Source of the DNA: Haliotis rufescens
Taxonomy: Eukaryota
Assembly (NCBI RefSeq): GCF_023055435.1
Contig: NW_025964013.1
Location: forward strand, 4,278,001 to 4,342,000
Length of the DNA stretch: 64,000 bases
Direction: 5' to 3'
Shown here: positions 1 to 13,810 of the stretch, piece by piece
How the letters are laid out: each line of letters opens with the position of its first letter
Numbering within the stretch: the first letter of the stretch is position 1
The notes under the pieces: model-generated
The model's input: only the letters and a program-made list of their open reading frames with translations
The model's database searches: none
Told to the model about the DNA's origin: nothing
Made by a program: the position numbers and the translations under genes

Positions 1-203
1 AATTGCGTGGATCGATGCTCATGATGTCAATCACTGGATTGTCTGGTCCACACTCGATTACTTATAGACCGCCGCTGGAATATTGCTGAGTGCGGCGTTT
101 AACAACAAACAAAGAAACAAACAAACAAGTTACACTCAGCTCACTGTCAGCATGGCGTGCCCGCTGTACATCATCATACTTGAAGTCTAGTCGAACATAT
201 ATA

Positions 204-1320
204 CTCAACAACAAAAGTTCCTGTGACACCAATATTTTAGTGTATTTTTCAAACAAGTAAAGTTTGGTTTTCAATATTGTAGTACATGTGTGGAATCAAG
301 TTACTGCTACAGAAAAGCATGCATTCCATGCAAAAGTTGACTTTTATGCAAGCCCAATGTATTTCACTACCCAAGAATGGGTATAAAAATTATTCAACAT
401 TATGAAATGCCACGCCTGTACGAAAATGAGAGTCTGCGAGCCATTGGTGTGCTTGAAGCAGGATCGAGTCAACGTGATGTTGCAAGACAATTTAACGTCC
501 ACAGAAACACCATTTGGTGTTTATGGCAACGGTGGCAACAGACGAATGCAGTCAGAGACCATCCTCGGAGTGGCAGGCCACGCGTTTCCAATAATCGACA
601 AGACAACTGGATTCGAACAACTCACCTACGAATTGAATTCCAGCCAGCAACAGTGACTGCGAGAAGCATCCCTGACGAATATATTCACAAACCGTACGTC
701 GTCGCCTCAGATGTGCAGGGATTGTCGCCAGAATACCCGCCAGACGTCCCATTTTGACAGGAAACCACCGTCAAGCACGTCTACAGTGGTGCAGACAGCG
801 TCTACGCTAGACGGCCATGCAGTGGGGACAAGTTCTATTCACTGACGAGTCTCGTTTTCACCTCAGCCACAGCGATGGATGGATTCGAGTGTACCGACGT
901 CGAGGTGAACGTCACGTCAATCATTGTGTCATGGGAGAAGATCGGGCATATGTGGGATGAGATGGATCGGCGCCCTTGACGTCAACCACGTGTTCCACAG
1001 ACACTCCAGGAACTTCGAAACATGCTCCAGCAGATATGGACAGATATCCCACAGGACTTTGTGCGACGCCTGGTCCATTCCATGAGACGATTATGTGTTG
1101 CTTGCATGGCAACCAGAGGTGGACACACACGCTAACATTTTGGCATGTTCATGTTTTTTTTTATGAAATCACGCATTCCGAAGTCAGTATGGCAAATGAA
1201 ACCACTTGAACACGGACAAGAGTCTTTTATCTGTTGCAAACCGAAATTGTTTCAGATTTGGTAAAAAACATTACTTTGCATTAAATCTTATTCAAGGTCA
1301 CAGGAACTTTTGTTGATGAG
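204..1320 (+). mobile_element. Tc1/mariner DNA transposon, internally deleted and non-functional
   Basis: About 24-bp TIRs (ctcaacaacaaaagttcctgtgac / gtcacaggaacttttgttgatgag) flanked by TA; paired-like HTH MPRL...RAIGVLEAG.SQRDVARQF, PRSGRPR; FTDESRF motif near 840; central catalytic region missing. Confidence 0.9.
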
Positions 1321-2005
1321 TATACTTAATTTACTGATATATATTTCAAGAACGGCTACTGTCTCGATGCCTTTTTCGTGTATGACATCAATATACACAT
1401 TGACATGTGGCCGCGATTGTGTCTGAATTGTCACCGCTTGATCATGACAGTGTCGTGTGTTGAACATGGAGACGGGTTTATATTTCACTACACTTTGTAT
1501 ATCTGCGAGCGGTCATTACATTTTTCAGGAATAATTCAAACTGTGGCACCCAGAACACAGAAGGGGCAGATAGATACAGCTGTTCTAAAATCGGGGTGCA
1601 CATGTTTACTTTAACTGGCGGTATTCATCAATTATACACGATTACCATGCTTTCAAGGTTAGGGATAACGTACAGTGAGTTTCAAAATGGCTGAATGTAC
1701 ACTCTTCAAAATAAGAAACGCACAGATAGTATGTTGTTCATTGAACCTGACTACACAAACTATACGGTATATAAAATGTTGGTGGCCTGATATTCGACAA
1801 ACGGTGCGTGAAAACGCAGCCATTGTCGATTTGCAGTGTCTTAAACGGCATTGTTTTCACACTTGTTCAAACATGTCATGGAGGAAAACAGTAAAGCAAA
1901 ATGCACGTGCAAGTTATGGCATTCGTAACTCGTGGTACTGGCTTTAAAAAGGCAAGCATAAGCCAAAGATTTGTCATTCAATTGTCAACATTTTTCAAGT
2001 CGAAA

Positions 2006-3008
2006 ATGCCGAGACTCAGCGCTGCCGATCTGAACATCGCCATAGGACGTATCCAAAGAGGGGATTCGCAAGCTTCTGTTGCACGCAACTTCAACGTCCA
2101 CCACAGCACCATTTGCCGCCTTTATGACCGATACACCGATGCAGTTACCGACCAAGAGTTACCATCCCTGCACAGTATCGCTACATTCGACTGTTCCACC
2201 TACGTCATCGCAATGCCACAGCTACGGAGACTGCAGGACGCATCCCTTTGTGAGGAGGAGACTGTTACGAACCATCTTCGCGAGGCTGTGATCCGACCCA
2301 GAAGACCACTTATCGTCCCTGTTTTGCAACAGATCCATCGACAGCGATGCTTGCGTTGGTGCCATACCTTACAGCCTTGTGATTTGAGAAACTGATGACG
2401 TGTGTGTTTTACCGCTGAATCACGATTTCTTCTTCACCGGCGAGATGGAAGACAACGTGTTAATCGTCGTCGAAATGAGTGTTTTGTCCCACATTGAGAA
2501 CGTGAATTTGACAAATTTGGTGGCTGTAGGGTCATGGTGTCGGGGGTGGTGGGGGGTGGGTGTTTGGGGGGGGGGGGGGGGGGGGGGGGGGCATATCCTT
2601 CACCACGAGATCTGACTTGGTTGTGGTTCAGCGAAATTTGACATGAATCAATTTCTTCAACCTCACCTTCTTCAAATCATTGACCGCCAGAGGGAGCTGT
2701 TTCAACAGGACAACGCTCCACCGCACACAGCTCGTGTCATGGTAGACTACCCTTATAATGCCAACATCAACGTCAGGCCCTGGTCGTCGAGATCTCCAGG
2801 TCTCAACCGAATCGAATACCTCTGGGATGAACTCGATCGACGTGTACCTCAACGTCAGAACACGCCGCAGACACACCCACAACTGGCCAACGCGTTACAA
2901 GCAGAATGGCGCAGAATTCCGCAGGACAGAATTCGTACACTTATCCAGGCAGTGCCTAGGAGATGCAGAGCCGTGATTGCTGCCCGGGGCGGTCACACGA
3001 GATACTGA
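2006..3008 (+). pseudogene. Tc1-like transposase pseudogene (frameshifted)
   Basis: MPRLSAADLNIAIGRIQRG...; FQQDNAPPHTAR; WSSRSPGLNRIEYLWDEL; ARGGHTRY*. TIRs not clearly resolved. Confidence 0.9.
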
Positions 3009-4290
3009 GTTCAGCGCAAACTTGTGGCCTTATGTGATATGACAAAGAACAGTTTTCAATGCCTTTTTCAACTACAACATGTGACTATGGAGCTCGATAT
3101 TAAATTAAATATATCGACTATATTAGGTACAATAAATTTGAAGAGTGTATATTGCTGTGAACGAAACATATCTGACGTGAGAGAATGACTTTTGAGAATG
3201 GAATAAAATCATGCTGAGTGTCTATCATCGAGCGCCAGTTGACGTGATCGATATTCATACTTTCAACAGCTTATTATTCACAAGATGTCGTGGGGATTTG
3301 CTCACTGCGACGTTAAAAAAATATTCACTGTACTATATTTACAATAGGAATTGTTGGCTATCAAGAGGGAGAGTAAATGTTTGAAGCCCTCGTAACCTGA
3401 GTGTATATGGTCCTAGCCTGAGGGGATTAATGACTTTAATGTTTCGCCATCTTTCAAGCCGTATATCAGAACTACGTACGCTTGTCCCAGAATATTTTGT
3501 AATTGAGCCAGTTGTGTAACATTATTTTTTTTAAATCAGGACTTTCGGATTGTTACGATCCTTGTCAGTTGCTGGATATTGACGAATGAAGTACAGAGGC
3601 AGGCGAGTAAGCAGGGTTATCTCCCTTCTGTAAGTTGGAAATAACAAATACATCTCCGGTTTTTTCCACACAATAAAAACATACATAGAGCGATTTCTTT
3701 ATATTGTGTTTTGGGAAGATCTTCTTAGATATCACGGTGCATAACAGTGTGTAGCTAAATTAAGTAGAGCTTAGAGGACGTGGATCCGATGAAGCAGGCT
3801 CAAATCAATGCCTGATAATTCACTCTCCAGTACTTTCAGTAATGGCTCAGGCTAATTCCTCCTACGTGGCCCAGAACACTCACTCAAGGATCAGATCACT
3901 CCGCTTTGGGTTCAGATCAACCCCCTGCATTTTACAGCGTTTATCTTCTCCTGTTCAGTTCTGACATACAATTCTAAATATTAAGTTCGCGTGACCTTCT
4001 TCTTACCTGAGAATGCGGTAGCTGATTGTTCAATTGTCGACCATGCACATTATGTATATTCAGTCGGTAGGTGTACGTGTATACCGACAAAACAAATTCC
4101 AGTGGGCGTAAAATACAAAACAGCGGTGTAAATAATATTAATGTATCACTAAAATATAAGTAATTACACCAGGTGTTCGCAAAAATAGTTAGTCTTTGCC
4201 TCTAAGGAAAAGTTATGCCGAAATCGTAAGGTCTTAGAATTATCATCTTCAAGCTGGGGCCTTTCTTAATATCCCATTTGTAAATTGCTT

Positions 4291-6027
4291 GCTGCTGGAT
4301 GGGTGTTACATCCACTGGCACACGTTGTCTCAGGCTGCTGGATGGGTGTTACATCCACTGGTACACGTTGTCTCAGGCTGCTGGATGGGCGTTACATCCA
4401 CTGACACACGTTGTCTCGGGCTGCTGGATGGGTGTTACATCCACTGGCATACGTTGTCTCAGGCTGCTGGATGGGTGTTACATCCACTGGTACACGTTGT
4501 CTCGGGCTGCTGGAAGGGTGTTATATATCCACTGGTACACGTTGTCTTGGGCTGCTGGAAGGGTGTTATATATCCACTGGCACACGTTGTCTCGGGCTGC
4601 TGGATGGGTGTTACATCCACTGGCATACGTTGTCTCAGGCTGCTGGATGGGTGTTACATCCACTGGTACACGTTGTCTCGGGCTGCTGGAAGGGTGTTAT
4701 ATATCCACTGGTACACGTTGTCTTGGGCTGCTGGAAGGGTGTTATATATCCACTGGTACACGTTGTCTCGGGCTGCTCGATGGGTGTTACATCCACTGGT
4801 ACACGTTGTCTCGGGCTGCTGGATGGGTGTTACATCCACTGGTACACGTTGTCTCAGGCTGCTGGATGGGTGTTACATCCACTGGCACACGTTGTTTCAG
4901 GCTGCTGGATGGGCGTTACATCCACTGGCACACGTTGTTTCAGGCTGCTGGGTTGGTTTTACATCCACTGGCACACGTTGTCACAGGCACCTGGATGGGT
5001 GTTACATCCACTGGCACACGTTGTCACAGGCACCTGGATGGGTGTTACATCCACTGGCACACGTTGTCACAGGCTGCTGGATGGGTGTTACATCTGCTTG
5101 CACACGTTGTCTCGGGCTGCTGGATGGGTGTTACATCCACTGGCACACGTTGTCACAGGCTGCTGGATGGGTGTTACATCTGCTTGCACACGTTGTCTCG
5201 GGCTGCTGGATGGGTGTTACATCCACTGGCACACGTTGTCTCAGGCTGCTGGATGGGCGTTACATCCACTGGCACACGTTGTCTCAGGCTGCTGGATGGG
5301 TGTTACATCCACTGGCACACGTTGTCTCAGGCTGCTGGATGGGTGTTACATCCACTGGTACACGTTGTCACAGGCTGCTGGATGGGTGTTACATCCACTG
5401 GCACACGTTGTCTCAGACTGCTGGATGGGTGTTACATCCACTGGTACACGTTGTCACAGGCTGCTGGATGGGTGTTACATCCACTGGCACACGTTGTCTC
5501 AGGCTGCTGGATGGGTGTTACATCCACTGGTACACGTTGTCTCGGGCTGCTGGAAGGGTGTTATATATCCACTGGTACACGTTGTCTTGGGCTGCTGGAA
5601 GGGTGTTATATATCCACTGGTACACGTTGTCTCGGGCTGCTCGATGGGTGTTACATCCACTGGCACACGTTGTCTCGGGCTGCTGGATGGGTGTTACATC
5701 CACTGGCACACGTTGTCTCGGGATGCTGGATGGGTGTTACATCCACTGGCACACGTTGTCTTGGGCTGCTGGATGGGTGTTACATCCACTGGCACACGTT
5801 GTCTCGGGCTGCTGGATGGGTGTTACATCCACTGGCACACGTTGTCTCGGGATGCTGGATGGGTGTTACATCCACTGGCACACGTTGTCTCGGGATGCTG
5901 GATGGGTGTTACATCCACTGGCACACGTTGTCTCGGGATGCTGGATGGGTGTTACATCCACTGGCACACGTTGTCTCAGGCTGCTGGATGGGTGTTACAT
6001 CCACTGGTACACGTTGTCTCAGGCTGT
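4291..6027. repeat. 43-bp minisatellite (about 40 copies; 45-bp variants)
   Basis: Unit gctgctggatgggtgttacatccactggcacacgttgtctcag. Confidence 0.97.
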
Positions 6028-6256
6028 TGAGGAGACGTAGCTGCTCTTCTGACTCAACTAGTGGATGGTTATGTTCTGACGCTGAAATGTTGAAATCACC
6101 AACAGTGATACGCATGACTTTACGCCCTGAATGCACACACCTCCCGTGTATTGCAGCCTGACGTCTCACGTGGAGCCGGTAACGGCCACCTCCATGGAAC
6201 ACTTGCTGGCCGCCTGTTTGGGATGTCACAAACTCTGCTCGCTGAATATTTGCCAT
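6000..6256 (-). pseudogene. FLYWCH zinc-finger-like fragment (Mutator/MULE-type transposase N-terminus)
   Basis: MANIQRAEFVTSQTGGQQVFHGGGRYRL...GRCVHSG...SEHNHP...LRQRVPVDVTPIQQ fits a degenerate F.TS..GG..L...G.RY....WRC....C...HNH FLYWCH pattern. Confidence 0.65.
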
Positions 6257-7759
6257 GATGTGATATAGAGTCTTGCCAACATCTAGTTTTATACTTTTCA
6301 CTTTGATATGGTAAGAAGAATGTGATATAAATTGACACACTTTACTCAGTCTAATGTTTATTCCACTGATATCTAAAGAAAATAAAGTTTATACGAGCAT
6401 ATTTATTAACATATCTGCTCAGCTGAAGATCTGGCTTGTTTAAAAAACAATAGATTAAAATTGCATTGATCTCAAACATAGGTAATTGATGTGATTTGTT
6501 CGATATTTCGTTGTTTATATTTTGTTATTGTTTATACAGTAATAAGTATATACTCAGTCTAATTGCATTGGTCTCCACATAATATAAAGTTTATACAGTC
6601 AAATGTATTCTTTTGTTGTTAGCGTTCATGCAGTAATAAGTATTTAATTCCTCAACCCAGATTTTTTTAGTTACTTTTATACAGGAGTCTGTCAAACAAT
6701 AGTGGTTCAGTCCATTTACATAAATAGGGATGTAACTGAGTTCCCAATGTGCCTGCAGTAATTTCTGTCGGCAAATTGGAATGTAGGCACAATGTGATTG
6801 AACCATTGTAATTCGTGCATTCTAATTACCTGAATTGGTCACGTGTCACTACATTCATTTTCCAAAATGTAAAACATTAAGCCAGACCCACCGAAGGGGA
6901 GAACTTCAATCATTGTAGAATGTTCGGGACTCTCTCAGTATTACAGTCAGGGGAATTCTCTTTCTGCTCACCTGTGTCTGTTATCATCGTGACGTTATCA
7001 GTCCTGGTACCATTTTAGTCAAATTCGGTACGAAACATGCAACAACAAACCATCACCGCCGTCTTTCGCACTCACTGCACAAACACCCTCTTCGCGCAAT
7101 TAAAATTCCACAAATTCCATATCTTCGGTTTCGGTTTTGTAACTCGCATTTTTCCACCTGTGTCTACCAGTTCTCAGGAAGCTAGTGTTTGAATCGGTAG
7201 CTGACCATGTCATTGGAAACGGCCGCCTTCTCAATGACCAGCACTTTTTCGAATTTAAGTTTGAGAAGATCGAACTCACCTTACCTAGGCTAATGAGTTA
7301 ATCTGATCAGTCAACACGCTACCACACTAATAATTAGGGCTTGTTTACCAAGTCATCAGCCGCCATTACCTTAGGCGCATGCGCAGTAGCCATTTCCTCC
7401 GCACAATTGAACGGAGTTTCCTCAAATAACATTGGATTAATTCTTTCTAAGAGTTAGCTAATCTGTACCCTACCTCACAACAAACCCTAAGGATCGTAAA
7501 GGATTGTCACATTGGCAAGTAGTGCCCAACCATAAGAATCGTGAAGGTGACTCTGATCAAAAAGGGGTACATTACCCTTATAATCGAATAGAGGTGCTTA
7601 GTCGGAAAGGGGATCCAAGGGCTAAAGATAAAGTTTGGGGTAACCTACCCTAGCCCCAACACAACTAACCCTGATGATCGAAGAAGCACGCGAGAGCAGT
7701 ATAGTAAGTATAGTAAGTATAGTATGCTGCGCCCGGTAAACTGCATTGTTACCTAACAT

Positions 7760-9120
7760 CTACCTCACCCCTAACATCATCATTCTTGCACTTGCAATTT
7801 ATTTCCCACCCCTAACCTTTATTATTCGTAGTTTCAACCTATTCCCCACCCCTAACCTTTATTATACGTAGTTGGGGGCACGGGTGGCCCAGTCGTCTAA
7901 GGCGCCACAATTCGCTGTGCAGAGTTGCGTCCCTTGGGCACGCCAGAAAACTATGATTGTGGGTTCGAATCCCGGTTCGCCCCAATTATGTTTCTAGGTT
8001 TGTCAGCACCATACCCATGCTCGTGGGTTTCACCGAAGTGGTAAACGTCTGAGACCTGCATCATTTCGGGCTTTCCTCCCACATTAAGCTGACACGCCGT
8101 GATATAACTGGAATACTGTTAAAAGCGGCGTTAAACCCAACTCACTATTATACGTAGTTACAACTTATTCCCCACCCCTAACCTTTATTGTTCGTAGTTT
8201 CAACTTATTCCTCACCCCTAACCTTTATTATTCGTAGTTTCAACTAATTCCCCACCCCTGACCTTTATTATGCGTAGTTTCAACTTATTCCCCACCCCTA
8301 ACCTTTATTATTCGTAGTTTCAACTTATTCCCCGCCCCTGACCTTTATTATTCGTAGTTACAACTTATTCCCCACCCCTGACCTTTATTATTCGTAGTTT
8401 CAACTTATTCCCCACCCTTAACCTTTATTATTCGTAGTTTCAACTTAAGAGCGTCAATCGTTGTTGCAACTTCTTCTGTATGTCTGACATCAGTCCCAGT
8501 TGCAACTTCCGGTCCCTCTTCCAACACCACCGATAAGAGTTATAACTTCTCCCCAACTCTTGCACCATTCGTCGTAGTTGCATCTTCTTCCCACCCCTAA
8601 CACCATCATCCGTAGTTGCAACTTCTTCCCACCCCTAACACCATCATCCGTAGTTGCAACTTCTTCCCACCCCTAACACCATCATCCGTAGTTGCATCTT
8701 CTTCCCACCCCTAACACCATCATCCGTAGTTGCATCTTCTTCCCACCCCTAACACCATCATCCGTAGTTGCATCTTCTTCCCACCCCTAACACCATCATC
8801 CGTAGTTGCAACTTCTACCCACCCCTAACACCATCATCCGTAGTTGCATCTTCTTCCCACCCCTAACACCATCATCCGTAGTTGCATCTTCTACCCACCC
8901 CTAACACCATCATCCGTAGTTGCATCTTCTTCCCACCCCTAACTCCATCATCCGTAGTTGCATCTTCTACCCACCCCTAACACCATCATCCGTAGTTGCA
9001 ACTTCTACCCACCCCTAACACCATCATCCGTAGTTGCATCTTCTTCCCACCCCTAACACCATCATCCGTAGTTGCATCTTCTTCCCACCCCTAACACCAT
9101 CATCCGTAGTTGCAACTTCA
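7760..9120. repeat. Related 40-bp and 38-bp minisatellites
   Basis: Units acctttattattcgtagtttcaacttattccccaccccta and caccatcatccgtagttgcatcttcttcccacccctaa. Confidence 0.95.
7874..8145 (+). mobile_element. tRNA-derived SINE family C (other copies about 10005-10092-, 18700-18810-, 35483-35730+, 41160-41392-, 44064-44117-, 46131-46299+, 58345-58510-)
   Basis: A box tggcccagtcgtctaaggcgc, B box ggttcgaatcc; 14-bp TSD tattatacgtagtt; inserted inside a minisatellite. Confidence 0.85.
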
Positions 9121-10829
9121 GCCCATCGCTAACACCACCAATCGTTGTGAGAACATCTTACATGTCTCTGACATCATCAGTTCCAGTTGCAACTTCCGGC
9201 CTGTCTTCAACACCATTTACCATAGCTACATCTTCTTTACCATATCTCACACCATCAGCCGTAGTTGAAACTTCTTCTACAAGAATTTGACACTACGTTC
9301 CGATAGGGATGGGGTGGGGAAGAAATTGCAACCACGACTTACGGGGCTCGAGATGGGGAAGAAGTTGTAACTATGGCGGTCAGTTTTCATCCTTAGTCCC
9401 GTTATATATCCACTTCTACATGTATATCTATCATATAATCTACCCATTCGCAAAATATATTTTTTACATCAGAGTGATACACCTACGTGAACAAATATAT
9501 TATATATAATAATAATAACATGTTATTAAGACCAGCTGACAGATAAATCAAAAATGGAATTTTAAAATTGATAATGTACAACAGAAAACAGTTTCCTTAA
9601 CGTTTATTTAAAAGTGAAATGGCAATAACCTCTTTTCCTGTAGCTTTGTGCGAGCTTGTTTAACGGCGATTGCATACCTTTGCATGTGTTTGTGACGGAT
9701 GCCACCTGTTAGGCAGGATAGGTTCACTTTTTGTGAACACCTGGTGTCATCACTATTTGTTAGTGATTCATAAACACATATTTTTTATCTAGTCGAAATC
9801 GTAAAATGGACTCTGTTTTTAGCAGAGATTGCTTGTGACTAATTTGTTTCGTTTGTATTTATCTAAACATCATGATAGTTATATCACCACTTGTTGTCTT
9901 GATGTGTTACGTAAGCCCTACGTGGAGCAGGTTTACACGTTAACCACATTGGTGAAACACACTAGCATAGGCTTCTGATGACAAACTAGAAACATTATCA
10001 GAACCTACGGCCATTGAATTCTGGCTCTCCTAAGGGGCGCAACTCTGCACAGCAAATTGCGGCACCTTAGCCGACTGGACCACCATTGCCCACTTTTGCC
10101 TCACATTGCATCACTTATAAAGAAGCTATTGTGGCTACCATATGTTTTTTATCAATGGTTCAAATACTTTGAGTTCGTAATATGTTGAGAAAGGTAATGT
10201 TTTTGTTGCCATGTTTGGACAGCTAAGTCTCGACAGGAAACTGATTTTCTTATCAAGATACTGCTTGAATTGAATTTCTATTCAATGTCAATTCTTACAT
10301 TCAAATTATATTTATTTTGTCAATGTCAATCGAAAAATCGAAAATAATCCTCCTTGTAAAACTGGTAGCTTAAATATTATACGTTCTGTCTGTGATATTG
10401 CTGACTTCTTGTGTCGCGATATAAACGTTTCAATACATATGTGGTGTGCCACAACTTGTAACAATATCTGTGTTTGTGTTTGGCATGTAAATCACTACCC
10501 CTATCACCCTGACTACCACGACATACCTCGGTCATTCCACGGTTGTCTGTATCCAACATACATTGACCTCCAAGCCACGGCCACTGACCAGTGGGTTTAC
10601 ACGCCATTATTAGCCCGCAGGGTGTTATCAGGGCTGGCCCACCGAATTCCTCTGCTTGCTTGGTGTCAAACACCGAGAGGGTATCTCTGACTGTGATAAC
10701 GTGATAGCCATACAATTAAATAATTCCTAAATATTTTGCCCGGAGAACGGACAAACACAAAACTGATTGAAATTATCAACTTTCACTTTAACACATGCAT
10801 TGTGTAAGTCAGATGAGTCAGATGTGGGA

Positions 10830-13810
10830 CATAATGGTAACCTGGTGGTAACAAGCTATACGATGTATTAAACAATGGTAACAAGGTGTCTAATCTGTGG
10901 CACAATGGTAACGATGTGTCTGATGTGTGGAACAATGGTAACGATGTGTCTGAAGTCTGGTACAATGGTAATAATGTGTCTGATGTGTGTAACAATGGTA
11001 ACAATGTGTCTGATGTGTGAAACAATGGTAACAATGTGTCGTATATGTGGAACAATGGTAACGATGCGTCGTATATGTGGAACAATGGTAACACTGTGTC
11101 TGATGTGTGGAACAATGGTAACAATGTGTCTGATGTGTGAAACAATGGTAACAATGTGTCTGATGTGTGTAACAATGGTAACAATGTGTCTGATGTGTGT
11201 AACAATGGTAACAATGTGTCTGATGTGTGTAACAATGGTAAAAAGGTGTCTGATGTGTGGAACAATGGTAACAAGGTGTCTAATGTGTGGAACAATGGTA
11301 AAAAGGTGTCTGATGTGTGGAACAATGGTAACAAGGTGTCTGATGTGTGTAACAATGGTAACAATGTGTCTGATGTGTGAAACAATGGTAACAATGTGTC
11401 GTATATGTGGAACAATGGTAACGATGCGTCGTATATGTGGAACAATGGTAACACTGTGTCTGATGTGTGGAACAATGGTAACAATGTGTCTGATGTGTGA
11501 AACAATGGTAACAATGTGTCTGATGTGTGTAACAATGGTAACAATGTGTCTGATGTGTGTAACAATGGTAACAATGTGTCTGATGTGTGTAACAATGGTA
11601 ACAAGGTGTCTAATGTGTGGAACAATGGTAACAAGGTGTCTGATGTGTGGAACAATGGTAACAAGGTGTCTGATGTGTGTAACAATGGTAACAAGGTGTC
11701 TGATGTGTGGAACAATGGTAACAAGGTGTCTGATGTGTGGAACAATGGTAACAAGGTGTCTGATGTGTGGAACAATGGTAACAAGGTGTCTGATGTGTGG
11801 AACAATGATTAAATATGTCTGATGTTGGAACATTGGTAACACTGTGTCTGATGTGTGGAACAATGGTAACAAGGTGTCTGATGTGTGTAACAATGGTAAC
11901 AATGTGTCTGATGTGTGAAACAATGGTAACAATGTGTCTGATGTGTGTAACAATGGTAAAAAGGTGTCTGATGTGTGGAACAATGGTAACAAGGTGTCTG
12001 ATGTGTGGAACAATGGTAACAAGGTGTCTGATGTGTGTAACAATGGTAACAAGGTGTCTGATGTGTGGAACAATGGTAACAAGGTGTCTGATGTGTGGAA
12101 CAATGGTAACAAGGTGTCTGATGTGTGGAACAATGATTAAATATGTCTGATGTTGGAACAATGGTAACAATGTGTCTGATGTGTGTAACAATGGTAACAC
12201 TGTGTCTGATGTGTATAACAATAGTAACAATGTGTCTGATATGTGAAGCAATAGTAGCGATGTGTCTGATATGTGGAATAATGAAAACAACGTGTCTGCT
12301 GGGTGTAACAATGGTAACGGTGTGTCTAATGTATGGAATAATGGTAACGATGTGTCTAATGTGTGGAACAATGATTGAAACAATGTGTCTGGCGTGAGGA
12401 ACGATGGTACCAATGTGTCTGATGTGTGGAACAATGATTACAATACATGTATGTCTGGTTATGTGGCACAATGGTAACAATGTGTCGTATATGTGGAACA
12501 ATTGTAACAATGCGTCGTATATGTGGAACAATGGTAACGATGTGTCTGATGTGTGGAACAATGGTAACAATGTGTCGTATATGTGGAACAATGGTAACGA
12601 TGCGTCGTATATGTGGAACAATGGTAACACTGTGTCTGATGTGTGGAGCAATGGTAACAATGTGTCGTATATGTGGAACAATGGTAATGATGTGTCTGAT
12701 ATATGGAACAATGGTAACAATGTGTCTGATGTGTGGAACAATGGTAACAATGTGTCGTATATGTGTAACAATGGTAACGATGTGTCGTATATGTGTAACA
12801 ATGGTAACAATGTGTCTGATGTGTGGAACAATGGTAACAATGTGTCGTATATGTGTAACAATGGAAACGATGTGTCTGATGTGTGTAGCAATGGTTACAA
12901 TGTGTCTAAAGTGTGTAACAATGGTAACAATTTGTCTGGTGTGTGTAACAAAGGTAACAATGTGTCTGATGTGTGTAACAATGTTTACAATATGTCTGAT
13001 GTGTGGAACAATGGTAACAATGTGTCGTATATGTGGAACAATGGTAACGATGCGTCGTATATGTGGAACAATGGTAACACTGTGTCTGATGTGTGGAGCA
13101 ATGGTAACAATGTGTCGTATATGTGGAACAATGGTAATGATGTGTCTGATATATGGAACAATGGTAACAATGTGTCTGATGTGTGGAACAATGGTAACAA
13201 TGTGTCGTATATGTGTAACAATGGTAACGATGTGTCTGATATGTGGAACAATGGTAACAATGTGTCGTATATGTGTAACAATGGTAACAATGTGTCTGAT
13301 GTGTGGAACAATGGTAACAATGTGTCGTATATGTGTAACAATGGAAACGATGTGTCTGATGTGTGTAGCAATGGTTACAATGTGTCTAAAGTGTGTAACA
13401 ATGGTAACAATTTGTCTGGTGTGTGTAACAAAGGTAACAATGTGTCTGATGTGTGTAACAATGTTTACAATATGTCTGATGTGTGTAACAATGGTAACAG
13501 TGTGTCTGATGTATGTAACAATGTTTACAATATGTCTGATGTGTGTAACATTTGTAACAATGTCGAAAGTGTGTAACAAGAGTAACAATATGTCTGATGT
13601 GTGTAACAATGGCAACAGTGTGTCTGATGTATGTAACAATGTTTACAATATGTCTGATGTGTGTAACATTTGTAACAATGTCGAAAGTGTGTAACAAGAG
13701 TAACAATGTGTCTGATGTCTGAAACAATTGTAACAATGTGTCTGATGTGTGCAACAATGGTAACAATGTGTCTGATGTGTGTAACAATGGTAACAATGTG
13801 TCTGAAGTGT
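10830..13810. repeat. 30-bp minisatellite (about 100 copies) with higher-order blocks
   Basis: Unit aacaatggtaacaatgtgtctgatgtgtgg; variant patterns recur at 360-bp and 450-bp offsets. Confidence 0.97.

Noticed and set aside
4289-6161. 540-620 aa Cys/His/Trp-rich ORFs in all three + frames
   Set aside because: Stop-free read-through of a 43-bp tandem repeat; the same peptide cycles through all frames.
7355-7400. GCGCATGCGC (NRF1-like) and GCCAT (YY1-like) promoter motifs
   Set aside because: Short motifs in TE-rich DNA with no transcript evidence; cannot assign a promoter.
9970-10006. ctgatga...gaaac hammerhead-like motif
   Set aside because: No helix II or properly paired GUH; explained as a small hairpin.
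10377-10715. Possible minus-strand exon ending at gag|gtatgt near 10530
   Set aside because: No recognisable protein similarity or partner exons.
10783-13796. Long repetitive ORFs on both strands (antifreeze- or mucin-like appearance)
   Set aside because: 30-bp minisatellite with frameshifting indels and no gene structure.
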